A DNA stretch of 64,000 nt from Candidatus Aenigmatarchaeota archaeon (GCA_011772645.1 WVZE01000036.1:48726-112725); one strand, 5' to 3'; counted from the first letter of the stretch, positions 29,815 through 40,152 are shown. Made by a program: numbers and translations. Notes: generated by a model not told the origin, from the letters alone.

Positions 29815-30282
29815 ATGGAAAAACCCAACCAGAAACCCCCGGCCAAAAAATTAACCAAGCATGAAATAGCAAAAAAGATAGTAAAGGAAGATGAGAAGCA
29901 GCAGGTTCTGAAGGAAATCATGAGGGGCACCAAGCAGAGAACGTTCGGCCAGAAATCAGCTGACTGGATGACAGAATGGGTGGGCAGCTGGACGTTCATA
30001 GTTCTTCTTTTCATATTCATGGCGATATGGATGACACTGAACATCTACATGGTGATCTACAGGTGGGATCCGTATCCCTTCATTCTTTTGAACTTCGTGC
30101 TTTCCTGCCTGGCTGCGATACAGGCCCCGATAATACTGATGAGCCAGAAAAGACAAACGGACAGGGACAGGGTAAAGGCTGAGCACGATTACAGGATCAA
30201 CCGGAAGGCAGAGCTTGAAATCGAGGATATGCAGAAGGACCTGGAGATAATAAAGCAGCTGATAAGAGGGACGAAGAAGTGA
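29815..30282 (+). CDS. DUF1003-like membrane protein
   Basis: A two-TM core followed by ...QKRQTDRDRVKAEHDYRINRKAE..., as in DUF1003 proteins. Confidence 0.5.
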   Translation: MEKPNQKPPAKKLTKHEIAKKIVKEDEKQQVLKEIMRGTKQRTFGQKSADWMTEWVGSWTFIVLLFIFMAIWMTLNIYMVIYRWDPYPFILLNFVLSCLAAIQAPIILMSQKRQTDRDRVKAEHDYRINRKAELEIEDMQKDLEIIKQLIRGTKK

Positions 30283-30283
30283 A

Positions 30284-32179
30284 TCACACCATAACCTTCA
30301 GATTCTTTGAACTGATCGCGCGCAGAACCTTACTTCCCTCTTCCGAGCGCTTGCGAATTCGGATGTAGCCGTTCTTCCCCACCACTGGGGAAAACAAATA
30401 CTCGTCCCCCGAATAGATATCAACCTGCTGTCCGGTGAATTTCTTCTCGACCTTTATGTTGAAATACGCTCCCTTCTCCCCCACAAGGTGCTTTATCTCC
30501 TCCCTCCGGGTCTTCTCTATCGGCTCCGCGGGTGTCTTCATTCCTGTCTTCTTCTCGATCTCCTCTATCGGCTCCACGGATATCTTCATTCCTGTCTTCT
30601 TCTCGATCTCCTCTATGGTTTTTCCCCTTCTGCCGATTATCTTGGGTATTACATCGTTCCTTACCTTCAGGACTATTCTGTTGTCCGACAGGAATTCTAC
30701 CTTGGGGTTTCTGTCGTATCTGCTGATCTCTTCCTCTATGGTTTTCGTTGCGAGTCTTCTCAGGGGGGTTTCCTTGGGTTTTTCCACCTGGATTATCACG
30801 TTTTCCTCCCCGAAGGTGTAGATTTCGTATTCGAGTTTTTTGGTCTCGAAATCCCTCACCTCTACAACAGGCCTTGCGAGGTCCTGCTCGGTCATGCCTG
30901 TCGGGACCTTCACTGTGAGGCCTATGGTGTAGGTTTTCTCGATATTCCCGTTCTTTATGTAGATAACGGTGTCTATAACGTGCGGGATCATTCCGAGTTC
31001 TATCCTTCCTATGAACCTCTGGATCGCTGAGATCAGGTCCGTGGAGTGGACAACGCCGATCATCCCCACTCCGGCAAGCCTCATGTCAGCGAAAACGCGG
31101 AAATCCCGGGTCTTCCGGATCTCATCGAATATGGTGTAATCCGGCCTTACCAGGAGCAAAAGCTCGGCTGTTTTCTCCCAGTCGTTCTCCAGAGGAGCGT
31201 ATTGTGTGATCTCAGGGCCCACCTGCAAATCCCTGGGCTGCTCGAAGGTTTTCACTATCTTTCCCTTTTTTGAAAGGAACTCCGCGATGCTCGCGGCGAA
31301 CGTGGATTTCCCAGAACCCGGGGGCCCTGCTATCAGGACTCCCTGGTAACCGGAAACGATCATTTCCTCCAGCTGTTTGTGGAGCTTGTAATCAGCGAGG
31401 GAGAGCTTCACAATGGGTCTCACCGCCGTGACTTCCGTGCCAGATGAGAACGGAGGTCTTGTGATCGAGATCCTGTATCTCCCCATCTGCACGACCATCG
31501 CCCCATGCTTTCCTATCTCGATAAATGAGCTGGGGTCCTTGTGGGTCTTCGAGAGTATCTCGTAAATTATGGATTTCAGCTCGTTATCCTCTATCGACTT
31601 GTCCCTGAGGTTTACGAGCTTCACGTCACCGGGTTTACCGCGTTTTGCATAAGGCTTCACACCGACCTTCAAGTGAACGGATTGCGTGTCGGGCGTGAAG
31701 AATTCCTCCAGTTTTATCTTCCTGCCTTTGATGTCAAAGGGGACGTACCAGATGGAAACATCCTCCGCCTCCCCAACCAGAGCCTGGACGTAATCGCTCG
31801 TCAGGAGAGTCGCATGTTCCTTGACAGCAAAATCCCTTATCAACGCGTCGATCCTCCCCTTCTTCGCGAGGTTTATGTCCTCCTGGGTAGGTCTCGTACC
31901 GTCGAAACTCAGGCTTATCTTATGCTTGTCACAGAGTTTTCTTATCTTCTTTATCTCATCCAGCCCACGGAATCCCGTGTCCTTTCCCCGGGAAGCCTGA
32001 GCCTGAAGCTCATCTATCACTATCCTTGGTATGATTATTTTAGAGTGGTCCAGCTTCCCTTTTTCTACAAGTTCCGTGAGCTTCTTGTTTATCAGGACAG
32101 AAGTATCAGGAACTATCTTTTTATCGTTTTTCTTCTTTATTCTTTCTATCATTTTATCACCTATGTTTGATAACTTCAA
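30284..32179 (-). CDS. PilT-family ATPase with N-terminal PIN domain and C-terminal KH domain (COG1855-type)
   Basis: PIN (DTSVLI), P-loop GPPGSGKSTFA, and KH (IIGRRGKTIEEIEKKTGMKI). It contains an in-frame tandem duplication of a 16-aa unit. Confidence 0.75.
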   Translation of the reverse strand: MKLSNIGDKMIERIKKKNDKKIVPDTSVLINKKLTELVEKGKLDHSKIIIPRIVIDELQAQASRGKDTGFRGLDEIKKIRKLCDKHKISLSFDGTRPTQEDINLAKKGRIDALIRDFAVKEHATLLTSDYVQALVGEAEDVSIWYVPFDIKGRKIKLEEFFTPDTQSVHLKVGVKPYAKRGKPGDVKLVNLRDKSIEDNELKSIIYEILSKTHKDPSSFIEIGKHGAMVVQMGRYRISITRPPFSSGTEVTAVRPIVKLSLADYKLHKQLEEMIVSGYQGVLIAGPPGSGKSTFAASIAEFLSKKGKIVKTFEQPRDLQVGPEITQYAPLENDWEKTAELLLLVRPDYTIFDEIRKTRDFRVFADMRLAGVGMIGVVHSTDLISAIQRFIGRIELGMIPHVIDTVIYIKNGNIEKTYTIGLTVKVPTGMTEQDLARPVVEVRDFETKKLEYEIYTFGEENVIIQVEKPKETPLRRLATKTIEEEISRYDRNPKVEFLSDNRIVLKVRNDVIPKIIGRRGKTIEEIEKKTGMKISVEPIEEIEKKTGMKTPAEPIEKTRREEIKHLVGEKGAYFNIKVEKKFTGQQVDIYSGDEYLFSPVVGKNGYIRIRKRSEEGSKVLRAISSKNLKVMV

Positions 32180-32263
32180 AGAAGTAATCTTTGAATATCA
32201 TTTTAAATATCATTTTCATATTGATTAATTAATTAAGTGGACCGATGGCTTTAAAAATGCATA

Positions 32264-33562
32264 TCATCCGATATTTTTGGGAATTTCCCCCAATTTGAGC
32301 ATTTTTTCCTTCCCTGACCGCATGTCCCTGAGCTTCACTTTATTCCTCGCCAGCTCCTGCTTTCCGATAAAAATCACGTAAGGGATTCCCAAAGAATTGG
32401 CGTAATTCAGGTTGTTTGAGATCCCTCTCCCAAGCAAATCGATCTCTGTCTTTATTCCAAGCCCTCGGAGGGCTTTTGATATTTTGACCGAATCCTTCAG
32501 GGTCTGGATGGGTATCACCAGGATCTGCGTAACAGTTTTTTTCTTTTTCTTTCTTCTCTTCTCCTTCAGCGCTTCCAGCATGGGCTCGAAACCGAAAGAT
32601 ATCCCGGTCGCTGGGTATTCCCCCCTTCCGATAAACATCCCTATCATCTTATCGTATCTCCCTCCTCCAGCAACAGCGGATTTCACCTTCGATTTCTTCA
32701 GGTAAACCTCGTACACAGGACCCGTGTAGTATTCGAGCCCCCGAGCGAGGGAGATGTCTATCTGTATTTCGAACCCCATCAGCTCGCAGTATCCGAGCAG
32801 TTCCTTCAGTTCGCTCACTCCCTCCTTCCCCTCCCCGCTCTTAATCATGCTTTCTGCTTTTTTGAGAACATCCCTGTTCTTCCCCTTGATCTTTATGATC
32901 TTCATAACATTACCTATCTGTTTCCTTTCGAACCCCTTGGTTTCCATCTCATCCCTGACTGTTTTGATACCGAACTTCCCGAGCTTGTCCATAGAGAGGA
33001 TCGCGTCCATCTTGTTCTTCTTTATGCCCGCATAATCCAGTATCCCGTTCAGGAGCTTCCGGTTATTGACCCTTATCGCGACATCCAGGCCCAGCGTCCG
33101 GAAAACCTCGTATGTTATAGAAAGAATTTCAGCGTCCGCAAGCATGTTTTTCGTACCCACGATATCAACATCACCCTGCCAGAATTCCCGGTACCTTCCC
33201 AGTTTAACGGGCCCGTCCCTCCATACGGGCTGGATCTGGTAGCGCTTGAATGGTTTGGGAAGGTTCGGGTTCATTCCCACGACTTTGCACATCGGAACGG
33301 TGAGATCGTATCTCAGGGCGAGCTCTCTCCCTCCCTGATCCTTCATCCGGAATATCTCCTTGAGTATCTCGCTCCCTCCCGCGAACTTCGCCGAGAGAAC
33401 ATCGAACCTCTCGATCGTGGGGGTTTCGAGAGGGGAGTAACCGTATCTCTCGAATATCTTCCTGAGAGTCTCAATCACTTCCTGCCTGTCTATACCCTCC
33501 TCTGGCAAAAAGTCCCTCGTTCCCTTCGCGTTCATGAGTTTGAATTTCGCCATTTCTATCAC
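32264..33562 (-). CDS. hisS: histidyl-tRNA synthetase
   Basis: Class II motifs (GTRDFLP, ...FRYE.PQ.GRYREF.Q...) and an anticodon-binding domain. Confidence 0.9.
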   Translation of the reverse strand: MIEMAKFKLMNAKGTRDFLPEEGIDRQEVIETLRKIFERYGYSPLETPTIERFDVLSAKFAGGSEILKEIFRMKDQGGRELALRYDLTVPMCKVVGMNPNLPKPFKRYQIQPVWRDGPVKLGRYREFWQGDVDIVGTKNMLADAEILSITYEVFRTLGLDVAIRVNNRKLLNGILDYAGIKKNKMDAILSMDKLGKFGIKTVRDEMETKGFERKQIGNVMKIIKIKGKNRDVLKKAESMIKSGEGKEGVSELKELLGYCELMGFEIQIDISLARGLEYYTGPVYEVYLKKSKVKSAVAGGGRYDKMIGMFIGRGEYPATGISFGFEPMLEALKEKRRKKKKKTVTQILVIPIQTLKDSVKISKALRGLGIKTEIDLLGRGISNNLNYANSLGIPYVIFIGKQELARNKVKLRDMRSGKEKMLKLGEIPKNIG

Positions 33563-33592
33563 TTTATTATTTGGTTTAGCTGTTATTATAGA

Positions 33593-34996
33593 TTAGTGGC
33601 CCATACTGGGTTTCCAGAATTGTGCTTCATTTTTCTGTTTCATTGATTTAACTGATTTTCCGCAAAGACTCTCGAAAAATAAATCTTCTTCCCCATATTT
33701 TTTAATCGCCTTTCTGGCTTCTGTTTCAAGTTCCTTTACCAGGTCATCTCCGCAAAGAGTGATCTTAGGTCCGGCCATTATAAATCTGAGGCCGGTATTC
33801 TTATCGCCTTCGTTTCTCAATCTCCAAACATACTTATCTTCTCCAGATGCATTTTTCTCATTGGTAGATGTTTCTATTGCTATTATCCAGGGGTCATCCA
33901 ATGTGAAATATTTCATCACATAGGCAAGATCACCTACCTTTTTTTGTATACTTTCGATCTCACGGCAATATATTTTGTAACTTTTAAAATAAAATTCTGT
34001 GTCATATCCTCTGTTAATTCTTTCTGCCTCCTCGAATGCTCTAAGCAATTTACGTTCTAAATCTCTTCCTCCTGCCCTTTCGAATAGGTCACCATTTTTC
34101 GTAATTATAACGGCATCAGTGTCTGATTCTTTTATTCCCATGCCTTCCGCCACGCTCCCGAAAATAAATGCCGCCTCGATCTCATCTCCTACAATTTTCC
34201 CAGTATCTTCCAGAATTTTATTTGCACTGACAATCCTTTTTGCAGATTCAACTGTAAGCATTCCATCACAATAAGTTAGAATATTATTCTTATTGATTCT
34301 TCTGTCATTTCGCAAATTCTTTATTTTTTCATTTAGCGCATTTTCACAGAAAACCTTTTCAAGCATTATTTTTTTATAAGGAGATAGTATGTTAATCAGG
34401 AAATCTGCAAGAATTTTGTTGCTTCTTTTTTCTCCAACAAAAGCTACAGATTCTATATCAATATTGCCGGGTTTTTTAACCAGGATAAGATTTAATATTT
34501 TTTCTGCGAGTTCAATGTCTTTTTCAGACCACACCGAAGAGGATGGTATTTCAAACTCTAAAAAATCTACATATCTACTGTAACAACCATTTCTTAAAGA
34601 CTTACCTAGATATGAATATTTATTTTCATTGAAATCCTTTTTCCATTTTATGAATTTATCATAATACCTGGATGTTCCTAAGAAATCTAAAATTTCCCAG
34701 CTTTTCCATATTGTTTCTATTGGAGGGAATTTTACCATGTTGCTTTTTGAGAAACAGTTTATATAGAAATTTCTTATTCTTTTGGCTATTTCCTTATCTG
34801 GCAATTCACTCCCAAATCTATATCCTCCAAACTTTTTGTTCTTTTCAATCCCGAATCGTGGCTCTTCTTCACCATAAATTATCAGATTATCGTTTACAAG
34901 AATTGCATCGCCTTTGTAGAACTTGTCCGGAATCTCATAAATTCTGTTGCCAAATCCTTTTATCGAATACTTCAATTCCGGAATGAACTGAATCAC
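33593..34996 (-). CDS. hypothetical protein with a central minimal nucleotidyltransferase (Pol-beta fold) domain; AT-rich
   Basis: 467-aa ORF with GS...DxD motif FIFGSVAEGMGIKESDTDAVII at about aa 280. It has a GTG start overlapping the upstream ORF stop (GTGA), and its codon usage differs strongly from its neighbours. Confidence 0.5.
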   Translation of the reverse strand: MIQFIPELKYSIKGFGNRIYEIPDKFYKGDAILVNDNLIIYGEEEPRFGIEKNKKFGGYRFGSELPDKEIAKRIRNFYINCFSKSNMVKFPPIETIWKSWEILDFLGTSRYYDKFIKWKKDFNENKYSYLGKSLRNGCYSRYVDFLEFEIPSSSVWSEKDIELAEKILNLILVKKPGNIDIESVAFVGEKRSNKILADFLINILSPYKKIMLEKVFCENALNEKIKNLRNDRRINKNNILTYCDGMLTVESAKRIVSANKILEDTGKIVGDEIEAAFIFGSVAEGMGIKESDTDAVIITKNGDLFERAGGRDLERKLLRAFEEAERINRGYDTEFYFKSYKIYCREIESIQKKVGDLAYVMKYFTLDDPWIIAIETSTNEKNASGEDKYVWRLRNEGDKNTGLRFIMAGPKITLCGDDLVKELETEARKAIKKYGEEDLFFESLCGKSVKSMKQKNEAQFWKPSMGH

Positions 34997-35372
34997 CCAT
35001 ATTCTTCACCTCCTTTCAGTTTGAAGCAGTTTGTCTGCTTCTTTCGCTCTTGAGGGCCAGGACCGGGATTTGCACCCGGTTCGGAGGATCCACAATCTTC
35101 CGTGCTACTACATACACCATCCTGGCCGTTGCTGAAAACCAGAACTACGAAATTCCTCTTCAGATCAAAAACAAGTTCGATCTCTACACCTTCCTCTAGA
35201 CCGAAATTCTTCCTGATCTCAGAAGGGATCGAAATCCTTCCCTTGGAATCTATCTTTATCTTCTTCGAAATTAACCCCTCACTTTCCAGAAAACCAGAAA
35301 AAGCAAGTTTGGAATCCGGGCTAAGAAATTCTTTCCTTCTACGCGTTATGAACCGAATCGCCCGTTTTCCTC
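34993..35372 (-). pseudogene. AbrB/SpoVT(MazE)-like swapped-hairpin DNA-binding ORF lacking a canonical in-frame start (probable homopolymer frameshift)
   Basis: The minus-strand frame encodes ...KIDSKGRISIPSEIRKNFGLEEGVEIELVFD.... The only ATG is in the +1 frame (MRKTGDSVHNA*), across an A4/T4 run near 35362-35366. The stop overlaps the NTase gene start. Confidence 0.4.
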
Positions 35373-35431
35373 ATAACTAAAGAAATAGAAATAAAAGATA
35401 TTTAAAGATTAGGTGGGACAAAATCCTTTTA

Positions 35432-36022
35432 TCACACGTCGAAAACCTTCACCTTCTGGGAAGGGAGATCGACTATCGCTGCCTTCCTGAACTCCGGAAG
35501 GGCGGCATTCACGAAAAGGGTTTCCTTGTGTTTCATCACGCCCGCGGATTCGTGAATGTGACCGAACACGTGGAGAGTCGGTTTCACCCTCTCGATCGCC
35601 TCCCTCAGCTCGATCACGCCTGCGTTGCTCCCGAAGTAGCTCATGTCCAGTATATCGAAAGGGGGATCGTGGGTTATGATTATCAGCTTCTTAGGATCTA
35701 TCCCTTTCGAGAGGTCTTGTATCCTCGAATAGTAACCCCAGTCCACCCCTAGGAAATAATATCCCTTGTATTCAACCACCTCGTTCTCCAAGATCTTGAC
35801 GTTCTTGCTCTTCGTTTTCAGTTCGTGATCCCAGTTACCTCGGACAACGAACGTTTGGACTTTCGCCCTGTCAAGAACCTTCTTCGCGAAGTCCTCCGAG
35901 AGGAAATCCCCTGCGTTTATTATAACGTCTACCCGTTCCTTTTCAGCGAGCTTTTCAACGCCATCCGCCAGCTCCTTTTCCCTGTGGTAGTCAGCGACGC
36001 AGAGTATTTTCATAACAATCAA
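35432..36022 (-). CDS. calcineurin-like metallophosphoesterase
   Basis: Motifs ILCVADYH, INAGDF, GNWDH, and GHIHE. Confidence 0.7.
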   Translation of the reverse strand: MIVMKILCVADYHREKELADGVEKLAEKERVDVIINAGDFLSEDFAKKVLDRAKVQTFVVRGNWDHELKTKSKNVKILENEVVEYKGYYFLGVDWGYYSRIQDLSKGIDPKKLIIITHDPPFDILDMSYFGSNAGVIELREAIERVKPTLHVFGHIHESAGVMKHKETLFVNAALPEFRKAAIVDLPSQKVKVFDV

Positions 36023-36046
36023 TTTGGAGGTTTCGATTATTTAAAA

Positions 36047-37207
36047 TTAAGTGAGCATGTCGAGACAGACCAGGCAGAGGATCTTTGCAAAGTCCGAGAG
36101 CTCGCGTATCGAGATGTATTCGTTCGCCATGTGAGCGACGTCCTCTCCCGGGGAGTAACCGACTGAGAGTATTCCCTTCCTTACAAGGGGTTTGACAAGG
36201 GTGGTTCCTGAAAGCCCGTGAAACCTCAATTCCTTCCCCAAAACCTTCTTTGCGTGTCTTTTTATCGTTTTAACCAGGATGTTGTCCCTTCCGACCTCAA
36301 CCGGTTTCTGGTGATCGATGACATCCATTCTGAATTTAGCTTTTTTGTTCCTCTTTCTGACCTCTCTGAACATGTTTTTTATCTCCCTCATTATCTCGCT
36401 TGCCTTCTGAGAGGGGAGGTACCTGAAGTCCAATTGAACCTCGCATTCCCCAGGAACTATGTTCGGGGCAGAACCCCCTCTTATCAGCCCGAGGTTTTCT
36501 GTGGGGTCGGAGAGGAGTTCATGCCTCCTGAACCTCATCCTGTATTTTTTCAGGATGTTCAGGAATTCGATCATGTTCCATACCGCATTCACTCCCTTGT
36601 GCGGTCTCGATCCGTGAGCCTGCTTCCCATAGGAGGTGATTTTAAGTAAGAGCAGACCCTTCTCGGCAACGTAGACCCTTCTCATTCTGTGCGCCACGTC
36701 CGGTACTATCCCGTATTCTCCCCTTACCTTACCCTTATCAACCAGGTAGTACATGCCGTATTTCGAGCCCTTCTCCTCGTCCGCCACGCATGCAAGAACG
36801 ACCTGGCCTTTCAATTGTTTTTCGAACTTCTTGAGTATCTTCCCTGCTATGAGGGAACTCGCTGTCGGTCCTTTGTCATCGTTCGTCCCTCTCCCGTACG
36901 CCTTTCCTCCCTTGACAACCATCCTGAACGGGTTGGTCTTCCAACCGTCCCCAGGAGGAACCACATCGAGATGGCAGGCGATTATTATTCTTGGTTTCCC
37001 CTTTCCTATGTAACCTATTATGTTTGTCCGACCTTTCTCCTTCTCGAATTTTTTGTATCTTATCCTGTTCCTGCGGAAGAATCTCTCGATGACTTTCGCC
37101 GCCCTCCACTCGTTCCCCGGAGGGTTCGTGGTGTCCGCGGCTATCAGTTTTGAAAGAAGCGTGACCATCTCCCCTTTCTGAGAATTGACCATTTTCGAGA
37201 CGTTCAT
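36047..37207 (-). CDS. M20-family metallopeptidase (ArgE/DapE/carboxypeptidase G2-like)
   Basis: Motifs CHLDVVP and GRGTNDDKG. Confidence 0.75.
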   Translation of the reverse strand: MNVSKMVNSQKGEMVTLLSKLIAADTTNPPGNEWRAAKVIERFFRRNRIRYKKFEKEKGRTNIIGYIGKGKPRIIIACHLDVVPPGDGWKTNPFRMVVKGGKAYGRGTNDDKGPTASSLIAGKILKKFEKQLKGQVVLACVADEEKGSKYGMYYLVDKGKVRGEYGIVPDVAHRMRRVYVAEKGLLLLKITSYGKQAHGSRPHKGVNAVWNMIEFLNILKKYRMRFRRHELLSDPTENLGLIRGGSAPNIVPGECEVQLDFRYLPSQKASEIMREIKNMFREVRKRNKKAKFRMDVIDHQKPVEVGRDNILVKTIKRHAKKVLGKELRFHGLSGTTLVKPLVRKGILSVGYSPGEDVAHMANEYISIRELSDFAKILCLVCLDMLT

Positions 37208-37242
37208 ATTTTTATAATATATTCCTTTACCTATTAATTGAT

Positions 37243-37659
37243 ATGATAGAGACTAAAACTCTCTCTTTCAGGACGAGATCCGGGACGGACATAATAGACA
37301 TCACAAAGGAGGTCTCGGAAGCGATCGGGAAATCGAAAATAAAATCAGGGATCGTCTCCGTGTTCGTGACGGGCTCGACTGCCTCGATCTCCACGGTGGA
37401 GTATGAACCGAACCTTATAAATGATATCAAGAGAGCTCTCGAAAAGATCGCGCCCGAAAGAGGGGATTACGAGCACCACAAGACCTGGGGGGACGACAAC
37501 GGGTCTGCGCACGTCCGCGCGACATTAATGAAACCGGGGATAAGCGTGCCTTTCGAAAACCGTAAGCTGTTGCTTGGAACTTGGCAGAATATCATAATTT
37601 TGGACTTTGATACAAAACCGAGAGAAAGGGAAATCATTTTGACTATAATTGGCGAGTGA
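37243..37659 (+). CDS. YjbQ/UPF0047-family protein (secondary thiamine-phosphate synthase-like)
   Basis: 138-aa ORF with the TGSTASIST..E.EP and WGDDNGSAHVRA motifs. Confidence 0.75.
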   Translation: MIETKTLSFRTRSGTDIIDITKEVSEAIGKSKIKSGIVSVFVTGSTASISTVEYEPNLINDIKRALEKIAPERGDYEHHKTWGDDNGSAHVRATLMKPGISVPFENRKLLLGTWQNIIILDFDTKPREREIILTIIGE

Positions 37660-38788
37660 GCGTGTATTTATAGGATTTACCCGACTTGAATTTTTTTACT
37701 CTATTCTTTCTCATCAACTGTTGCAGATGATGATATGTAGTCCACAAATTTATATTAACTATCTCCCTTAATTCATATACCGTTTTTGGACCTCTGGTTA
37801 AAGATTCTAGTATAATGTCTTTTGTTTTGAATTTCCTTCTTTGTTTCCATTTTCTATTATTTATCCTTATTATATTTTTGATTTCATTAAGCTTACGGCC
37901 AATATGCATATCGGAAAATTTAATTATTAGTTCTTCACAATCTTTAGCAAATTTTTTCAAAGAATTTGCACTAAGGTATAATGCGTAGTGATCCCCTTTC
38001 ATTTTTCCCTTTCTTTTAAATATGGAAACTGTACATTGGTAATTTAATGATTCCATTATACTTTTCAGGTCGTATGCAAAATTTCTGTTCGAAGAAAGAA
38101 GTCTTACTCTACCAGAAACGTTACCATCATCATGTAAAACTGCTAACAAAGTCGCTATTTTAACCTGTTTATCCCCATTCATTATTTTTTTAGGTATTCT
38201 GCATTTAGCACTCAAATACGTATCTACGTTGAGATATCTTGTAATGACTTCAGAAAAAAGAGCCGGAATATAGCAACCTCTTTTATATTCTTTAATCTCA
38301 TAACCGCCAAAAACATTTTGAATCAATCTTTTAAACCGTTCTAATCCAATTTTACCTTTCTGATAATAAAAGAAATTCTTTTTAGCGACTGACCCATCAC
38401 ACATCATATGAATTGCAATAGAGATGAATTCTGGTGTAACGATAACAGGCAATTTTGGTTTATAACCATATAATCTTCCATACGTAGATACGTAACTTTT
38501 TATATATTTCTCAATTTCTGATAGTTTGAAATTTATCTTTTTAGCTATTTCGTAAATAACCCACGCTGGTATATATTCTGCCTTCTTTTTATAATACCAA
38601 ACAATTCTGTAATCACTGGTTATGTTCTTACTGTATAATTTGGATTTTTTCTGCAAAAACAATGCTATCTTACCTGTGGTTGAAAAGTATTCCTCTGATT
38701 TTTTAAAGAACTTTTCCTTAAAATTTTTCTCTAGTTTAATAGAAGTCAAATCAAGTGGAAATTCCCACCAATGTATATGTTTTGTCAT
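37643..38788 (-). CDS. double-LAGLIDADG homing-endonuclease-like protein with C-terminal winged-helix domain (AT-rich island)
   Basis: Two LAGLIDADG-like motifs about 100 aa apart (IAIHMMCDGSV and LLAVLHDDGNVSG). The C-terminus LTRGPKTVYELREIV...HLQQLMRKNRVKK is wHTH-like. Confidence 0.45.
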   Translation of the reverse strand: MTKHIHWWEFPLDLTSIKLEKNFKEKFFKKSEEYFSTTGKIALFLQKKSKLYSKNITSDYRIVWYYKKKAEYIPAWVIYEIAKKINFKLSEIEKYIKSYVSTYGRLYGYKPKLPVIVTPEFISIAIHMMCDGSVAKKNFFYYQKGKIGLERFKRLIQNVFGGYEIKEYKRGCYIPALFSEVITRYLNVDTYLSAKCRIPKKIMNGDKQVKIATLLAVLHDDGNVSGRVRLLSSNRNFAYDLKSIMESLNYQCTVSIFKRKGKMKGDHYALYLSANSLKKFAKDCEELIIKFSDMHIGRKLNEIKNIIRINNRKWKQRRKFKTKDIILESLTRGPKTVYELREIVNINLWTTYHHLQQLMRKNRVKKFKSGKSYKYTLTRQL

Positions 38789-38913
38789 AATTTATTATTG
38801 CCATTTATACTAATAAATGTTTGCTCGATTTCGACACCAGGGACAGGGAGAGGGAGATCGTACTCCAGATAATAGGGGACTAGGATTTGTAGAAATCAAC
38901 ACCTCGCTATGGA

Positions 38914-40152
38914 TTAGAATAACTCTATGCTTGCAGGGGGTTTTTTGCTGATCTCATAGCCTGTCTTTAAAGCACCCATATCATACAATTCTCCTGCTGT
39001 TTCTTGAAGCATATCTATAGGTAGTTCCATGCTTAAGGCTGACATTGCATCAGAGCTGTTAACAGCCTTCATTATTATGGGATATCTTCCAGATCCCTCT
39101 GAAAGTTGTATAACAACCCTGGGATAATTATCCTTTTCTGCCTCTTCCCTGATCCTCCATAAAACATCGTAATCAGGAAATTTTTCGGCATTAATCCATA
39201 AAGTTGGTTCGTATAGAGCCCTTCTTTGTTCTTCTTCGGCAGGGTCAAAAAACATTGCCTTTGTATCTGTTACTAAGCATTCAACAGCTGTTCCCGCAAT
39301 ATCAGAGTACTTACCCTCAAGACTGCCAAATCTGTGCATTGCTGGGTCAATGGTGTATGCAAAATATTGAAACGGTTCCCTGACTCCTGTATCAGGGTCA
39401 TATTCATACGGCTTTCCTGTGATTGCTCTCATGTACTCTTCAATTCCCTGTTCAAATAAATCATTGGCTTCCTTTATAACATCGAGTTTATCTCTCTCAA
39501 ATCTCCCGCCTACCCTTAGAAGCATTGCTGGCCCAGGGCATGGTATCTTATGTACAAATTCTTCAGGCAGGCCTGCGTAGCGGCCCAGTCTCCTTACATG
39601 TGGTTTGAAAAGGGATGCAAGAGGCTCCAGCTTATCAACATCATAAGCAAGATCAAGATTATGCTGCAGTTGTTTCCGTGCCTTCTTGGTTACGATATCA
39701 GCTTTTATTGTCCCGTCAAGAACAAACAATGCACCAAGACGTTCTAAGAATCTGTTCGAGGCTTCCAAATATCTGTCTATCATTATCTGCCTTTTGAGCT
39801 CTCCGCTTGAATATCCTTCCAGTGCAGGAATTACTTTATCAGCAGTATGTATTACTTCAAAATTTTCAAAAGTTCCGAACATACCAGCAGTGACATCGGC
39901 TTCTGGTCTTCCCCCAATAATCCTTCTAAGACCATCATCAATGAAATACACATAAAGTCTACTTCCCAATATAGGGTGCAAAGCATAGGCAAGCGTGGTA
40001 CTGTCTACACCGCCTGATCCAGAAAGAGCTACTTTTGCATTGCTTGGCACCAGTTGGTCCACCCATTCACGAACTTCATGAGCGTATTTATCTGGATCAA
40101 AATCAGTGAAGGATTCCGGAATGTCTGTTTCATATCTGTATGTTTTTCCCAT
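38914..40152 (-). CDS. PP-loop ATP pyrophosphatase, GMP-synthase (GuaA ATP-PPase/subunit B)-like
   Basis: SGSGGVDS PP-loop, ...DGTIKADIV..., LFKPHVRRLGRYAGLP, and a C-terminal KTGYEISKKPPASIELF resembling the GuaA dimerisation motif. The protein is longer than typical subunit B, and the gene is AT-rich. Confidence 0.55.
   Translation of the reverse strand: MGKTYRYETDIPESFTDFDPDKYAHEVREWVDQLVPSNAKVALSGSGGVDSTTLAYALHPILGSRLYVYFIDDGLRRIIGGRPEADVTAGMFGTFENFEVIHTADKVIPALEGYSSGELKRQIMIDRYLEASNRFLERLGALFVLDGTIKADIVTKKARKQLQHNLDLAYDVDKLEPLASLFKPHVRRLGRYAGLPEEFVHKIPCPGPAMLLRVGGRFERDKLDVIKEANDLFEQGIEEYMRAITGKPYEYDPDTGVREPFQYFAYTIDPAMHRFGSLEGKYSDIAGTAVECLVTDTKAMFFDPAEEEQRRALYEPTLWINAEKFPDYDVLWRIREEAEKDNYPRVVIQLSEGSGRYPIIMKAVNSSDAMSALSMELPIDMLQETAGELYDMGALKTGYEISKKPPASIELF

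Noticed and set aside
35102-35380. 92-aa plus-strand ORF in the phosphoesterase-NTase spacer
   Set aside because: The minus strand here encodes a convincing AbrB-like domain. The plus-strand ORF has no features.
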